Shown in pieces: positions 27,824 to 37,718 of a stretch of DNA of 64,000 nt. Numbering within the stretch: the stretch's first letter is position 1; the number at the start of each line of letters is the position of its first letter. This DNA comes from an uncultured Clostridia bacterium (GTDB lineage Bacteria > Bacillota > Clostridia > Christensenellales > UBA1242). Both the position numbers and the translations under genes were made by a program. Location of the stretch: positions 7,450-71,449 of the forward strand of contig CAMMFF010000004.1 of the NCBI GenBank assembly GCA_946496065.1. Direction: 5' to 3'. The notes below the pieces were generated by a model. It had not been told where the DNA came from and made no database searches. It saw only the letters and a list, made by a program, of their open reading frames with translations.

Positions 27824-27852
27824 ATTCTATCACCAACCATTTGCAAAGTCAA
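27824..27852 (-). promoter_or_regulatory. Promoter of the 204-aa orphan gene
   Basis: TTGACT (27852-27847), 17 nt spacer, then TGa-TAGAAT (27832-27824). Confidence 0.7.
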
Positions 27853-27891
27853 TATGCAAAAATAAAAAAAGTGCAATTTATGCACTCTTTT

Positions 27892-29052
27892 TTACCACTT
27901 TTCAATGATTTTATTGGCAGTTTCAAACCAAGATAAGTGTTTGATTTCCTCCTTAACAATAATTGGAATTTTTTTGATTACATTCCCATCTTTTGTCACT
28001 GTCACTTCTCCCACTTTGTCCCCAACATGAGTTGGAGCAGAAATTGTTGTTTTAACATCAAGAATTGTGTCATAACCAGACTTGTCACCTTTCTTGATTA
28101 CTGCTGCAAAACTTGTTTCAGCAAAAACATCAACATTTTCTTGTTTGCCTTTGGCAACCTGAACATTTGCAATGGCAACATCACTGTCCACCAGTTTTTG
28201 ACTTTCAAAATTTGCAAAACCATAGTTAAATAATGTCGCACTCTCGTTGAATCTTGTCTTACTGTTTTCTGCACCAATAATAACAGAAATCAATCTCATA
28301 TCCCCACGCTTAGCAGACGCTCCCAAACAACAGCCAGCTTCATTTGTCGAACCCGTTTTTCCACCATCACAACCTTGATAATATCTTATCAATCTGTTTG
28401 TGTTGACAAGTTCGGTTTTTCTTCCTGAAGGATGTGTAAGTTCGTCCATCCAAATTGTGCTATATCTGTGATAGATGTCATGCTTCAAAATTTCTCTCAA
28501 AACGATTGCTGTATCTTTTGCAGAAGAATATTGTTCCGGAGCTGGAAGACCGGTGCAATTCACATAATGTGTGTCAGTCATGCCAAGTTCTTTTGCTCTT
28601 TTGTTCATTCTGTTTGTGAACGCCTTTTCATTTCCATTGAAATATTCTGCAAGTGCCACACTGGCATCATTAGCAGAAGCCATAATGACCGACTTCAACA
28701 AATCTTCAAAAGTGTAGTCCACATATGGATCAAGAAAAACCTGCGAACCGCCCATACTGGACGCATTTTCTGTTGTTGTTATTTTTGTATCCAATGCAAC
28801 ATTCCCTTCTTGCAGTTCTTCCAAAGCAATGAGAATTGTCATCATTTTGACCATACTTGCAATAGGCAGATGCTTTGTCTCATCTTTTGAATACAAAACT
28901 TCGCCACTGTCATATTCCATAAGAATCGCACTTTTGCTGGAAATGTCAATATCACTGCTTGCATATGTAACACTGCCAGCATGCACAAAACCTGTGCAAA
29001 ACATAGCAAACGCCAAAACGCACAAAACCAAACCGCTGAACTGTTTTTTCAT
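27892..29052 (-). CDS. D-alanyl-D-alanine carboxypeptidase (S11, DacB/DacF-like)
   Basis: Signal peptide; SxxK (ASMVKMMT), SxN (SAND) and KTG (KTGST) motifs. AAGGAG RBS. Confidence 0.9.
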   Translation of the reverse strand: MKKQFSGLVLCVLAFAMFCTGFVHAGSVTYASSDIDISSKSAILMEYDSGEVLYSKDETKHLPIASMVKMMTILIALEELQEGNVALDTKITTTENASSMGGSQVFLDPYVDYTFEDLLKSVIMASANDASVALAEYFNGNEKAFTNRMNKRAKELGMTDTHYVNCTGLPAPEQYSSAKDTAIVLREILKHDIYHRYSTIWMDELTHPSGRKTELVNTNRLIRYYQGCDGGKTGSTNEAGCCLGASAKRGDMRLISVIIGAENSKTRFNESATLFNYGFANFESQKLVDSDVAIANVQVAKGKQENVDVFAETSFAAVIKKGDKSGYDTILDVKTTISAPTHVGDKVGEVTVTKDGNVIKKIPIIVKEEIKHLSWFETANKIIEKW

Positions 29053-29130
29053 AAAATGCTCCTTTTCGAATAGTTTCTACAAAAAGTAACATTTTATACA
29101 AAAGTGCCAAACTCTCGCAACAGCAAATCA

Positions 29131-29754
29131 TCAAATAATCATAATAACTTTTCCGTTCAGCACACAAAGAAGCAAGGTTTCAATCAAGTTGATGGCAATA
29201 AGAAGCAAAATTGCAACTAAAACATATAAAGCTCTGTTACATTCTGTGCATCCAAATTTTTTGCTGTTTCTGTTCATTTTTTGAAAGATAAAATAAAACA
29301 TAATCAAAACAAACAGAGTGCAGAGTTGACATGGCAGAATGACAATAATCCCAGTTATTGCACCACTTATGCCATAAAAAATGAAAACTAGAGCAAAATT
29401 CAGCCCAAACAAATAACCTCTGTAAATAAACAAAACCTCAGCAAGTGGAAAAAGATAAATTGAAAACGACAAAATTGTCAAAATTGTAACATTAACCACA
29501 AGCGAAAGAGTCCTTGAAAAAAATGCAGAAGATGATGCTGCAATTCCAGAATAGAAATCATCAAGAGAAATGTCCTGCAGTCTTCCAAGTTCATAAGCAT
29601 TATTGCTTTTTATCGCAATAAAAATACCCGTGCAAATTGCCGTAAAGACCAAAATGAAGGACAAAATCAACTTACCCTTGTTTTCTTTAAGAGCACTGAC
29701 ACAAGAAAATCTCAACCCATTGATGAAAGAATGTGTTTTATAGGACTTGACCAT
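29131..29754 (-). CDS. SpoIIM-like membrane protein
   Basis: About 207 aa with 5-6 TM helices, collinear with stage II sporulation protein M (IYRGYLFGLNFALVF / ILPCQLCTLFVLI). ATG at 29754; the track start at 29793 is GTG inside a terminator hairpin. Confidence 0.5.
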   Translation of the reverse strand: MVKSYKTHSFINGLRFSCVSALKENKGKLILSFILVFTAICTGIFIAIKSNNAYELGRLQDISLDDFYSGIAASSSAFFSRTLSLVVNVTILTILSFSIYLFPLAEVLFIYRGYLFGLNFALVFIFYGISGAITGIIVILPCQLCTLFVLIMFYFIFQKMNRNSKKFGCTECNRALYVLVAILLLIAINLIETLLLCVLNGKVIMII

Positions 29755-29826
29755 ATAATATCTTATTTCAAAGAATATGAAAAAAGAACACACAGAAGTG
29801 TGTCTTTGGTTTTTAATAAATTTGCA

Positions 29827-31047
29827 CTAATTGTTTTTGAAATTCAAAAGTTCACAAGCAAGAATTTTCAACTGTTCGTAAGTTATTCCGCCTTGAAAAT
29901 ATGCAATGTAAGGTTTCCTGATTGGACTGTCACAAGAAAGTTCAATTGAAGCACCTTCAACAAATGTTCCAGCTGCCATAATTATGTCACAGTTATAACC
30001 TGGCATGGCGTAAGGCATAGGCACAAAACTGCTGTCAACAGGAGACAATTTTTGAATAAGTTGAACAAATCGAATAAGTTCGTCAGCAGTGTCAAAAACG
30101 ACTGATTTGATTATATCAAAACATTTTTCATCGCTCTGAGGAATGATTTTATATCCCTGTCTCTTCATCACCTCTCCAATCAAAAGTCCACCTTTAACAG
30201 CCTGACTAACCACGTGAGGAGCCATAAACAAACCTTGATAGAAAAGTCTGTAACCAGCTTCATAAGAGCCTGTTTCTCTTCCAAGAGAAGGACACGTGAA
30301 ACGTCTTTCAATGTTTTCAATTGCACGCTTTGTTCCGACAATATAACCACCTGTTGGAGCAAGAGAACCTCCCAAATTTTTGATTAATGAACCCATGCAA
30401 ACATCTGCTCCAACTTGAGTTGGTTCTTTTGTCTCAACCATTTCGCCATAACAATTATCCACAACAATAAAAGAGTTTGGACTAAGTCTTTTAATTTCCT
30501 TAAAAACAGGTTCCATAACATCTGTAGACAATGCCATTCTGCTGGAATATCCACGAGACTTTTGAACAAAAACAACTCTAGGTTTCAATTTTTTGACAGT
30601 TTTGAAGATTTTTTCTTCATCAAACTTTCCATCTTTCAAATCAATAAATTTGATGTCAACACCCAAGCTTTCCAAACTTCCATTATCTTTCCCAAAAAGA
30701 GTGTCATGCAAAGTGTCGTAAAGTTCTCCAGTGATTGACAACATCAAATCTTTTGGTCTCAAAAGTCCATAAAGAGCAGTGGCGATTGTGTGCGTTCCAC
30801 AAGTCAAGTGTGGAGAGCAAATTGCATCTTCGGCCCCAAAAATTTTTGCAACGACCTTTGCAAAATCATCTCTGCCTTTGTCAGTGTAACCATAACCACT
30901 TGTTCCAGCAAAATGTGAAGTTGTCACCCCAATTTCCCTGAACGCATCAAGCACTTTTTTTTGATTGAAATAGGCTGTTCTTTCAATATCTTTAAACTGT
31001 CCTTCCAATTTTTTTTCAATGTCTTCAATAATCTTTAAATTATCCAT
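29827..31047 (-). CDS. Methionine gamma-lyase family protein (YnbB / aluminium-resistance family, PLP fold)
   Basis: 406 aa with HFAGTSGYGYTDKGRDDFAKVVAKIFGAEDA, typical of this family. Overlaps the miaA stop by 8 nt. Confidence 0.8.
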   Translation of the reverse strand: MDNLKIIEDIEKKLEGQFKDIERTAYFNQKKVLDAFREIGVTTSHFAGTSGYGYTDKGRDDFAKVVAKIFGAEDAICSPHLTCGTHTIATALYGLLRPKDLMLSITGELYDTLHDTLFGKDNGSLESLGVDIKFIDLKDGKFDEEKIFKTVKKLKPRVVFVQKSRGYSSRMALSTDVMEPVFKEIKRLSPNSFIVVDNCYGEMVETKEPTQVGADVCMGSLIKNLGGSLAPTGGYIVGTKRAIENIERRFTCPSLGRETGSYEAGYRLFYQGLFMAPHVVSQAVKGGLLIGEVMKRQGYKIIPQSDEKCFDIIKSVVFDTADELIRFVQLIQKLSPVDSSFVPMPYAMPGYNCDIIMAAGTFVEGASIELSCDSPIRKPYIAYFQGGITYEQLKILACELLNFKNN

Positions 31048-31954
31048 TTTTCAACCAATCCTCAACTTTCTCAAAAATTTCTTTTTCTGCTTTTTCAATG
31101 TCTGCAGTGTCAACATAGACAACATTTTTAATTCCACGCAGAAAAGTCAACTGCCTCTTGGCATAATTTCTGCTGTGCTGTTTCAATATTTCGACCATTC
31201 TGTCATAATCAATCTCTCCGTCCAAATATGACAAAACTTCTTTATATCCAATTGCTCTCATACTTTGATTTTTCACTGAAAGTCCACTTTTTTTAAGTTT
31301 TTTCACTTCGTCAACCAAACCATTTTCCAGCATCAAATCAACACGTTTGTTTATTGCATCATACAAAACCGCTCTGTCCTTAACAAGCGCAAAAATCAGC
31401 GGTTCAATTTCAACTTCTCCAGTTTGCTTTTCTCCATCAGAAAGAGCAATTTCCAAAGCCCTGACAAGTCGAACAGTGTTGTTTTTGTCAGTTTTCTCAG
31501 CCATTTCCTTATCTTTACTTTCAAGCATTGAAAAAAGAAATTCGTTTCCTTTTTCTTTTGCCAAGTTTTCCAACTGCTCTCTCAGTCTTGAATCTTTCTT
31601 TGTTCCACCAAAGTTATATCCCAATGTCAAAGCTTTCACATAAAGCCCTGTTCCACCAACCACAATTGGAAGTTTTCCTTTGGAAATAATCTCATCAATT
31701 TTCTGCTTGGTATATTCCACAAATTCATAAACTGAAAATTCCTGCCAAGGCTCCAAGATGTCAATTGCGTAGTGAACAACTCCTTGCATTTCCTCTGGCT
31801 TAACTTTTGCAGACCCAATATCAAGACCTTTATAAATTTGCACTGAATCTGCAGAAATAATCTCTCCATTCATTTTTTTTGCAAGTTTGACACTGAAAAA
31901 CGTCTTTCCAACGGCCGTAGGTCCCAAAATGAAAACAACTTTTTTCTTCATCAT
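31040..31954 (-). CDS. miaA: tRNA dimethylallyltransferase
   Basis: 304 aa with P-loop ILGPTAVGKT. ATGA overlap with the mutL stop. Confidence 0.94.
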   Translation of the reverse strand: MMKKKVVFILGPTAVGKTFFSVKLAKKMNGEIISADSVQIYKGLDIGSAKVKPEEMQGVVHYAIDILEPWQEFSVYEFVEYTKQKIDEIISKGKLPIVVGGTGLYVKALTLGYNFGGTKKDSRLREQLENLAKEKGNEFLFSMLESKDKEMAEKTDKNNTVRLVRALEIALSDGEKQTGEVEIEPLIFALVKDRAVLYDAINKRVDLMLENGLVDEVKKLKKSGLSVKNQSMRAIGYKEVLSYLDGEIDYDRMVEILKQHSRNYAKRQLTFLRGIKNVVYVDTADIEKAEKEIFEKVEDWLKNG

Positions 31955-33921
31955 AAAACCCTTTTAAACATCTTTTCAAGTTCTTTTCTTGTGATTTTGA
32001 CAATGATTGGACGCCCATGTGGACAGAGAGCAACCCCATCTTTCATTTTGTCAATCAAATATGCAATTTGCTCTTTTGTGACATCGTCTCCTGCTCTAAT
32101 TGCGTGCTTACAAGCGGTCTGGCAAAGTTTTTCGTTGATGACATCACTTGCTGTTCTTTCTTTCATGCTTTCGTCAGCCAAAATTTCTTCAATAAATTTC
32201 TCAAGACGAATGCCTGACAGGACAAAAGGTATGCTCGTCACAGAAAATTCGTTGCCATTTTGAGAGATTTCAAAACCAATTTTTCTCAAATTATCAAGTT
32301 TGCTTTCAAAATTGTCTCTGTCTTTTGCAAGCAATTTGAAGTTGTAAGGCAAAAGCATATCTTGTTTTGCAACATTATTTTCTTCAATCTGCTTTTTAAG
32401 TCTGTCATAGTTTTGTCTTTCATGCATAGCATGTTGGTCAATGACATAGATGCTGTCATCATATTCTGTGATGATGTAAGTTTTAAAAACAACACCTACA
32501 ATTTTAATTTCTTCAACCTTTGCTGTCAAAAACTTTTCTTCAACAAATTGTTCTGTTTTCTTTTCTTCTTTTTTCAAATCCTCTTGAACACTGAGTTCAA
32601 CTTCATGCAAGAAACTGTCACCTGATTGGTCAAAGAATATGTTTCCACCAGGTCTGTTTTTGTTTCTTTTGTCAGACTTAACATTTGAAAAATCTGGCAT
32701 ATTGATGATTTCAATTCCTTGTTTTTGATATTCTTTTGGAGAGACAACTTTTTCAGCAGTAGCATCTGTGTCAACCTTTGCCTGCCCAAAACTTGTTCCT
32801 TCCAAGGCAGACATCTTGTCCAATCTAGATTTTTCAAACGCATTGAAGTCTGTTTCTTTTGGATTTGATTCGTTTTTTATATCAAATTTGCTCCAATCTT
32901 TTTCATCTTTGTTCGTAAATTCAAAATCTGCAATAAGGTTTGTTGAAAGCAATGCTTTTTCAACCGCTCTGCGAATGGCACCAAAAACTTTGGAAGAATT
33001 TTCAAACTTAACTTCTCTCTTGTTTGGATGAACATTGACATCAACTCTGTCAAAAGGCATTTCAAGCTTGATCACATAAATTGGAAATCTTCCTTTCATA
33101 AGGAGCGGTTCATAAGCCCCTTGAACACAAGCAGAGACCATATAATTTTCAACAAATCTTCCATTGACAAACAATGTCTGATAGGTTCTGTTTGGTCTTG
33201 AAAGTTTTGGTGAAACAACATAACCCTCAACTTTGATGTCGTCTTCAGAATAGTCAAGTTTGAGCAGATTTTCAAAAACATCTCTGCCATAAATCAAATA
33301 AATCACTTCGTCCAAGTTTCCAGAGTTGTGACTGTAGATGGTCTTCCCATCAACAACATATTCAAAATCAATATCAGGACGAGAAAGCATAAATTTTTCA
33401 ATCAAATGAGTGATTTCACTCTCTTCTGTTTTTGGCTTTTTCAAAAATTTGGCTCTTGCAGGAGTGTTGAAGAAAAGGTTTTGCATAGTGAGAGTTGTTC
33501 CATCAAGTCTTGCAACTTCAGTTATTTTTGAAATTTCTCCACCATCTGCATCAATTTTGTATCCTGTTTCGCTGTTTTTTGTCTTTGTTGTCAAATTTAT
33601 CATGGAAACAGAAGCAATGCTTGCAAGAGCTTCTCCACGAAATCCGAGAGTTGAAATTTCGTCCAAATCATCAATGTCAGCAATTTTGCTTGTTGCATGT
33701 GGCAAAAAAGCAAGAGGCAGATCATCTTTCGCAATTCCACACCCATTGTCGGAAACACAAATCTTTTTGATTCCCCCTTCTTCAATTTCAATTTTAATCT
33801 TTGTCGCACCAGCGTCCAAACTGTTTTCCACAAGTTCCTTAACAACCGAAGCAGGTCTTTCAACAACCTCCCCTGCGGCAATTCGATTGTAAATTCTTGG
33901 TGACAGGACATTAATAGCCAT
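31951..33921 (-). CDS. mutL: DNA mismatch repair protein MutL
   Basis: GHKL ATPase N-terminus RIAAGEVVERPASVVKELVENSLDAGA and a C-terminal dimerisation/endonuclease region. AAGGAG RBS. Confidence 0.96.
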   Translation of the reverse strand: MAINVLSPRIYNRIAAGEVVERPASVVKELVENSLDAGATKIKIEIEEGGIKKICVSDNGCGIAKDDLPLAFLPHATSKIADIDDLDEISTLGFRGEALASIASVSMINLTTKTKNSETGYKIDADGGEISKITEVARLDGTTLTMQNLFFNTPARAKFLKKPKTEESEITHLIEKFMLSRPDIDFEYVVDGKTIYSHNSGNLDEVIYLIYGRDVFENLLKLDYSEDDIKVEGYVVSPKLSRPNRTYQTLFVNGRFVENYMVSACVQGAYEPLLMKGRFPIYVIKLEMPFDRVDVNVHPNKREVKFENSSKVFGAIRRAVEKALLSTNLIADFEFTNKDEKDWSKFDIKNESNPKETDFNAFEKSRLDKMSALEGTSFGQAKVDTDATAEKVVSPKEYQKQGIEIINMPDFSNVKSDKRNKNRPGGNIFFDQSGDSFLHEVELSVQEDLKKEEKKTEQFVEEKFLTAKVEEIKIVGVVFKTYIITEYDDSIYVIDQHAMHERQNYDRLKKQIEENNVAKQDMLLPYNFKLLAKDRDNFESKLDNLRKIGFEISQNGNEFSVTSIPFVLSGIRLEKFIEEILADESMKERTASDVINEKLCQTACKHAIRAGDDVTKEQIAYLIDKMKDGVALCPHGRPIIVKITRKELEKMFKRVL

Positions 33922-33932
33922 AATTTCTCCTT

Positions 33933-36554
33933 TTATTCTTCCGTCTTAGCCTTCGTAATCAAATCATTCAAAACTTCAAAACTTTCAATTGGTGACATAC
34001 GATTGATGTCCATATCCCTCAAAATCGAGAGCAGTTTTTGACCAAGTTTGTTGTTTTTTTCTTGCTTTGTTCTCTCTTCGTCTTCGCCAAAAATATTCAT
34101 ATCAAGTTTTGTGTTAACTTTTTCCAAATTCAAACTGATTTCTTTTGCTCTGTCGATAACTTTCTGAGGAACACCAGCAAGTTGTGCAACTTCCACACCA
34201 AAACTTTTGCTTGCATGGCCTCTGACAATCTTACGCAAGAAAACGACAGTGTCATTAATTTCTTTGACAGTGATTTTATAGTTCTTCACACCTTTAATCA
34301 CCCCTTCAAGTTCTGAAAGTTCGTGATAGTGTGTCGCAAAAAGCGTCTTGCATTTCAAGTTCTTTGCAATATATTCCACAACTGCCCACGCAATAGAAAG
34401 TCCGTCAAAAGTCGAAGTTCCTCTTCCAATTTCATCCAAAACAACCAAACTTTTGTCGGTTGCATTGAGAAGAATGTTTGCAACCTCACTCATTTCCACC
34501 ATGAATGTGCTTTGACCAAAAGCCAAGTCGTCACTTGCACCAACACGAGTGAAAATTCTGTCCGTAATGGAAATTTCTGCACTCTTTGCAGGAACAAAAC
34601 TCCCAATATGTGCAAGGAATGTGATGATTGCAACCTGACGCATATATGTGCTCTTACCAGCCATGTTTGGTCCAGTGATAATCATCATTTTGTTTTCATC
34701 ATCGTCAAGCAAAGTGTCATTGGCAATGAAAGAACCATCTTTGACAAATCTTTCAACAATTGGATGACGCCCATCAACAATGTTGATTTTTTTGATATTT
34801 TTGTTGATAACAGGTTTGCAGAAACCATATTTGACAGCACACAAAGAAAGTGAAAGCAGTGCATCAATTTCTGCAATAATTTTTGCAGAATCTGCAAAAG
34901 CAGAAAGATAGTTGGAAAGATAATCCAAGAGCATTTTATAAAGTTTTTCTTCCAATTTGATGGCATTTTCTGCAGAATTAAAAATCTTATCTTCAATTTT
35001 CTGCAAATCTTCAGTTGTGTATCTTTCAGCATTTGCAATGGTTTGTTTTCTTATATATCTCAAAGGCACAAGGCTTGTTTGTCCCTTGCTTACTTCAATA
35101 TAGAACCCAAAAACACTGTTGGAATGAATCTTCAAGTTTTTGATTCCAGTTTCTTCTCTCTCGATTTCTTCCAACTTGTCACACTCTTTCTTGGCAATTT
35201 CTTTGGCATGACGAAGGTCATCAAGTTCTTGATTGAAACCATCATTGATATATCCACCTTCTTTTGTCAATGCTGGTGGTTTTTCTTTGATTGCTTTTCT
35301 AAGAAGTTCCACAATTTCAGAAAAGTCTTGCAATTTTTCTCTGCAATCAATCAACTTTTTGCTCTTGACATTTCCCAAAATTTTCTTAAGTTCAGGAATT
35401 TGAGAAAGAGAACTTTTAAGCGAGTTCAGGTCATTTGGAAGAACATTTCCATAGGCAATTTTTCCACTGATTCTCTCAATATCTTTAATTCCAGTCAAAC
35501 TTTCAACAAGTTTATCTCTCAAGATGAGATTTTTTGAAAGTTCTTCAACGCTATCCAACCTGTCATTAATTTCAGTTGAATTTTGAAGTGGTTGGTCAAA
35601 AATCGCTCTAAATCTTCTTGCACCCATGCTTGTTTTGGTCATGTCCATAAGCCAAAGCAGAGAACCATATTTTTTTCTTTCTCTGATTGATTCAACAAGT
35701 TCAAGATTTCGTCTTGTGTTCATGTCAATAACCATAAATTGATTGTTCTTGACCTTGTTGATTTTGTTGATGTTTTTAAGCGACCTTTTTTGTGTCTCTT
35801 GCAAATATTCCAAAAGTGCCCCAATGGCAGGAATGTCCTGTTTGTTAGATTTCAACTCAAAAACATTGACAGCATTGTCCCCAAATTGAGCACAAACATT
35901 TTCCTTTGCTTTTTCCACGCCAAAAGCATATTCATAATATTCCTCAAATCTTGGATAAACCCCAAATTTCAAAATTGGTAAAGCATTATAAAATTCTTTT
36001 GCCTTGGCATTTCCAATCACTTCAGAAGGCATAATGCGGTTTAACAAATCAGAAAAATTGCTGTCAATTCCACCGTCAAAGTGACACAAATTAAATTCCC
36101 CTGTTGTTATGTCACAATAGACAACTGACAACTTGTCATCTTGCAAAAACATGGACATTATGTAGTTGTTTTTTCTCTCTTCAAGCATTGAATCGTCAAC
36201 CACTGTTCCGGCAGTAACAACTCTGACAACATCCCTTTCAACAATCTTGACACCCTTTTTAGGCTCTGTTAATTGTTCACAAATTGCCACCTTATAGCCA
36301 AGAGAGACCAACTTTGCAATGTAGGATTCCGCAGCATGATAAGGCACTCCACACATTGGCGCTTTTTCGTCAAGCCCACAACTTTTTCCAGTCAAAGTCA
36401 AATCCAAGACATTGGAAATTTCAATCGCATCGTCATAGAAAAGTTCATAGAAGTCACCAAGACGATAAAAGAGAATACAATCCTTGTATTTCTCTTTCAT
36501 TTGCAAATAATGTTTCATCATGTTTGATGGTTCTTTCACTTTGCTGACGCTCAT
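33933..36554 (-). CDS. mutS: DNA mismatch repair protein MutS
   Basis: 873 aa with mismatch-binding N-terminus (MMKHYLQMKEKY, GDFYELF) and Walker A GPNMAGKST. Confidence 0.97.
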   Translation of the reverse strand: MSVSKVKEPSNMMKHYLQMKEKYKDCILFYRLGDFYELFYDDAIEISNVLDLTLTGKSCGLDEKAPMCGVPYHAAESYIAKLVSLGYKVAICEQLTEPKKGVKIVERDVVRVVTAGTVVDDSMLEERKNNYIMSMFLQDDKLSVVYCDITTGEFNLCHFDGGIDSNFSDLLNRIMPSEVIGNAKAKEFYNALPILKFGVYPRFEEYYEYAFGVEKAKENVCAQFGDNAVNVFELKSNKQDIPAIGALLEYLQETQKRSLKNINKINKVKNNQFMVIDMNTRRNLELVESIRERKKYGSLLWLMDMTKTSMGARRFRAIFDQPLQNSTEINDRLDSVEELSKNLILRDKLVESLTGIKDIERISGKIAYGNVLPNDLNSLKSSLSQIPELKKILGNVKSKKLIDCREKLQDFSEIVELLRKAIKEKPPALTKEGGYINDGFNQELDDLRHAKEIAKKECDKLEEIEREETGIKNLKIHSNSVFGFYIEVSKGQTSLVPLRYIRKQTIANAERYTTEDLQKIEDKIFNSAENAIKLEEKLYKMLLDYLSNYLSAFADSAKIIAEIDALLSLSLCAVKYGFCKPVINKNIKKINIVDGRHPIVERFVKDGSFIANDTLLDDDENKMMIITGPNMAGKSTYMRQVAIITFLAHIGSFVPAKSAEISITDRIFTRVGASDDLAFGQSTFMVEMSEVANILLNATDKSLVVLDEIGRGTSTFDGLSIAWAVVEYIAKNLKCKTLFATHYHELSELEGVIKGVKNYKITVKEINDTVVFLRKIVRGHASKSFGVEVAQLAGVPQKVIDRAKEISLNLEKVNTKLDMNIFGEDEERTKQEKNNKLGQKLLSILRDMDINRMSPIESFEVLNDLITKAKTEE

Positions 36555-37675
36555 TTTTTTCCTTCCTGTTTTTGTATTTCTTTTTCAAGAGCCAAAAGTT
36601 CGTTGACTCTTCTTTGTTTGATTTCCTGTGGAATTTGTCCTTCCATTTTGCTTGCCACAGTGCCTTCTCTTGGAGAGTACATAAAAGCAAAAATACTGTC
36701 AAACTTAACTTCCCTAACAAGACTCATTGTGTCTTGGAATTCTTCTTCAGTTTCGGTTGGAAAACCAACAATAAAGTCAGATGTGATTCTTGCATCAGGA
36801 ATTTTTTCACGGATTTTGTTGATGATTCCAAGATATTTTTCCCTTGTGTAAACCCTGTTCATCAATTTCAAAATTCGATTGTTTCCACTTTGAGCAGGAA
36901 GATGAATGTCTTTCAAAATCTTGTCCTCGCTTGCAATCACATCAATCACTTCATCGGTCAAATCTTTTGGATGAGAAGTCATGAAAGTGAGTTTGAAATC
37001 TCCTTCAATCGCGCAAATGTCACGCAAAAGTTGTGCAAAAGAAACCGCAGGAACAAGGTCTTTTCCATAGGAGTTGACATTTTGTCCCAATAGTGTAATT
37101 TTCTTATATTTCCCTTCTGCCAAAACTTCACGAATTTCTTTCAAAATGTTCGCTTCTTGTCTGCTCTTCTCTCTTCCTTTGACATAAGGAACGATACAGT
37201 AAGTGCAAAAGTTGTTGCACCCTTGCATAATGTTCACCCAAGCATTGTCACCACTTGTTCTTTTGTATGGCACGCTTTCGTCAATGTCACCTTCCTGCAA
37301 AAGTTCCAACTGTCTTCCAGTTTTGACAGCATTGACATAATGCTCAAAGTTTGGCAAATTGAAAGTTCCAATCACAATGTCAACAAAAGGAAAAGTGTTC
37401 ATGATATAATTTGCAGTGGTCTGTTTTTGAGTCATGCACCCACAAACCGCAATAATCAAAGAAGGCTTCTGTTTTTTCAACTTTTTCAAAGCCCCAACAT
37501 TTCCAAAAACTCTATCTTCTGCCCCTTCACGAATGGCGCAAGTGTTGAAAACAATCAAATCTGCATCTTCTCTTTTGTCAGCAAGGGTATATCCCATTTT
37601 TTCACAAATTGAAGCGAGTTTTTCCGACTCGTGAACATTCATTTGGCAACCGTAAGTAACTATGTAATATTTCAT
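36551..37675 (-). CDS. miaB: tRNA-i6A37 methylthiotransferase MiaB homologue lacking the C-terminal TRAM domain
   Basis: MTTase N-domain (KYYIVTYGCQMNVHESE) and radical-SAM motif CNNFCTYC. The protein ends after ...LALEKEIQKQEGKK and its stop overlaps the mutS ATG. Start at the ATG at 37675. Confidence 0.85.
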   Translation of the reverse strand: MKYYIVTYGCQMNVHESEKLASICEKMGYTLADKREDADLIVFNTCAIREGAEDRVFGNVGALKKLKKQKPSLIIAVCGCMTQKQTTANYIMNTFPFVDIVIGTFNLPNFEHYVNAVKTGRQLELLQEGDIDESVPYKRTSGDNAWVNIMQGCNNFCTYCIVPYVKGREKSRQEANILKEIREVLAEGKYKKITLLGQNVNSYGKDLVPAVSFAQLLRDICAIEGDFKLTFMTSHPKDLTDEVIDVIASEDKILKDIHLPAQSGNNRILKLMNRVYTREKYLGIINKIREKIPDARITSDFIVGFPTETEEEFQDTMSLVREVKFDSIFAFMYSPREGTVASKMEGQIPQEIKQRRVNELLALEKEIQKQEGKK

Positions 37676-37681
37676 GCCATA

Positions 37682-37710
37682 ATTATACAAAAAAAACAAA
37701 AATTAAGCAA
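37682..37710 (-). promoter_or_regulatory. Promoter placing the TSS on the miaB ATG (leaderless candidate)
   Basis: TTGCTT (37710-37705), 17 nt spacer, TATAAT (37687-37682), then 6 nt (tatggc) and the ATG at 37675. No SD. Confidence 0.55.
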
Positions 37711-37718
37711 GTCAAACC

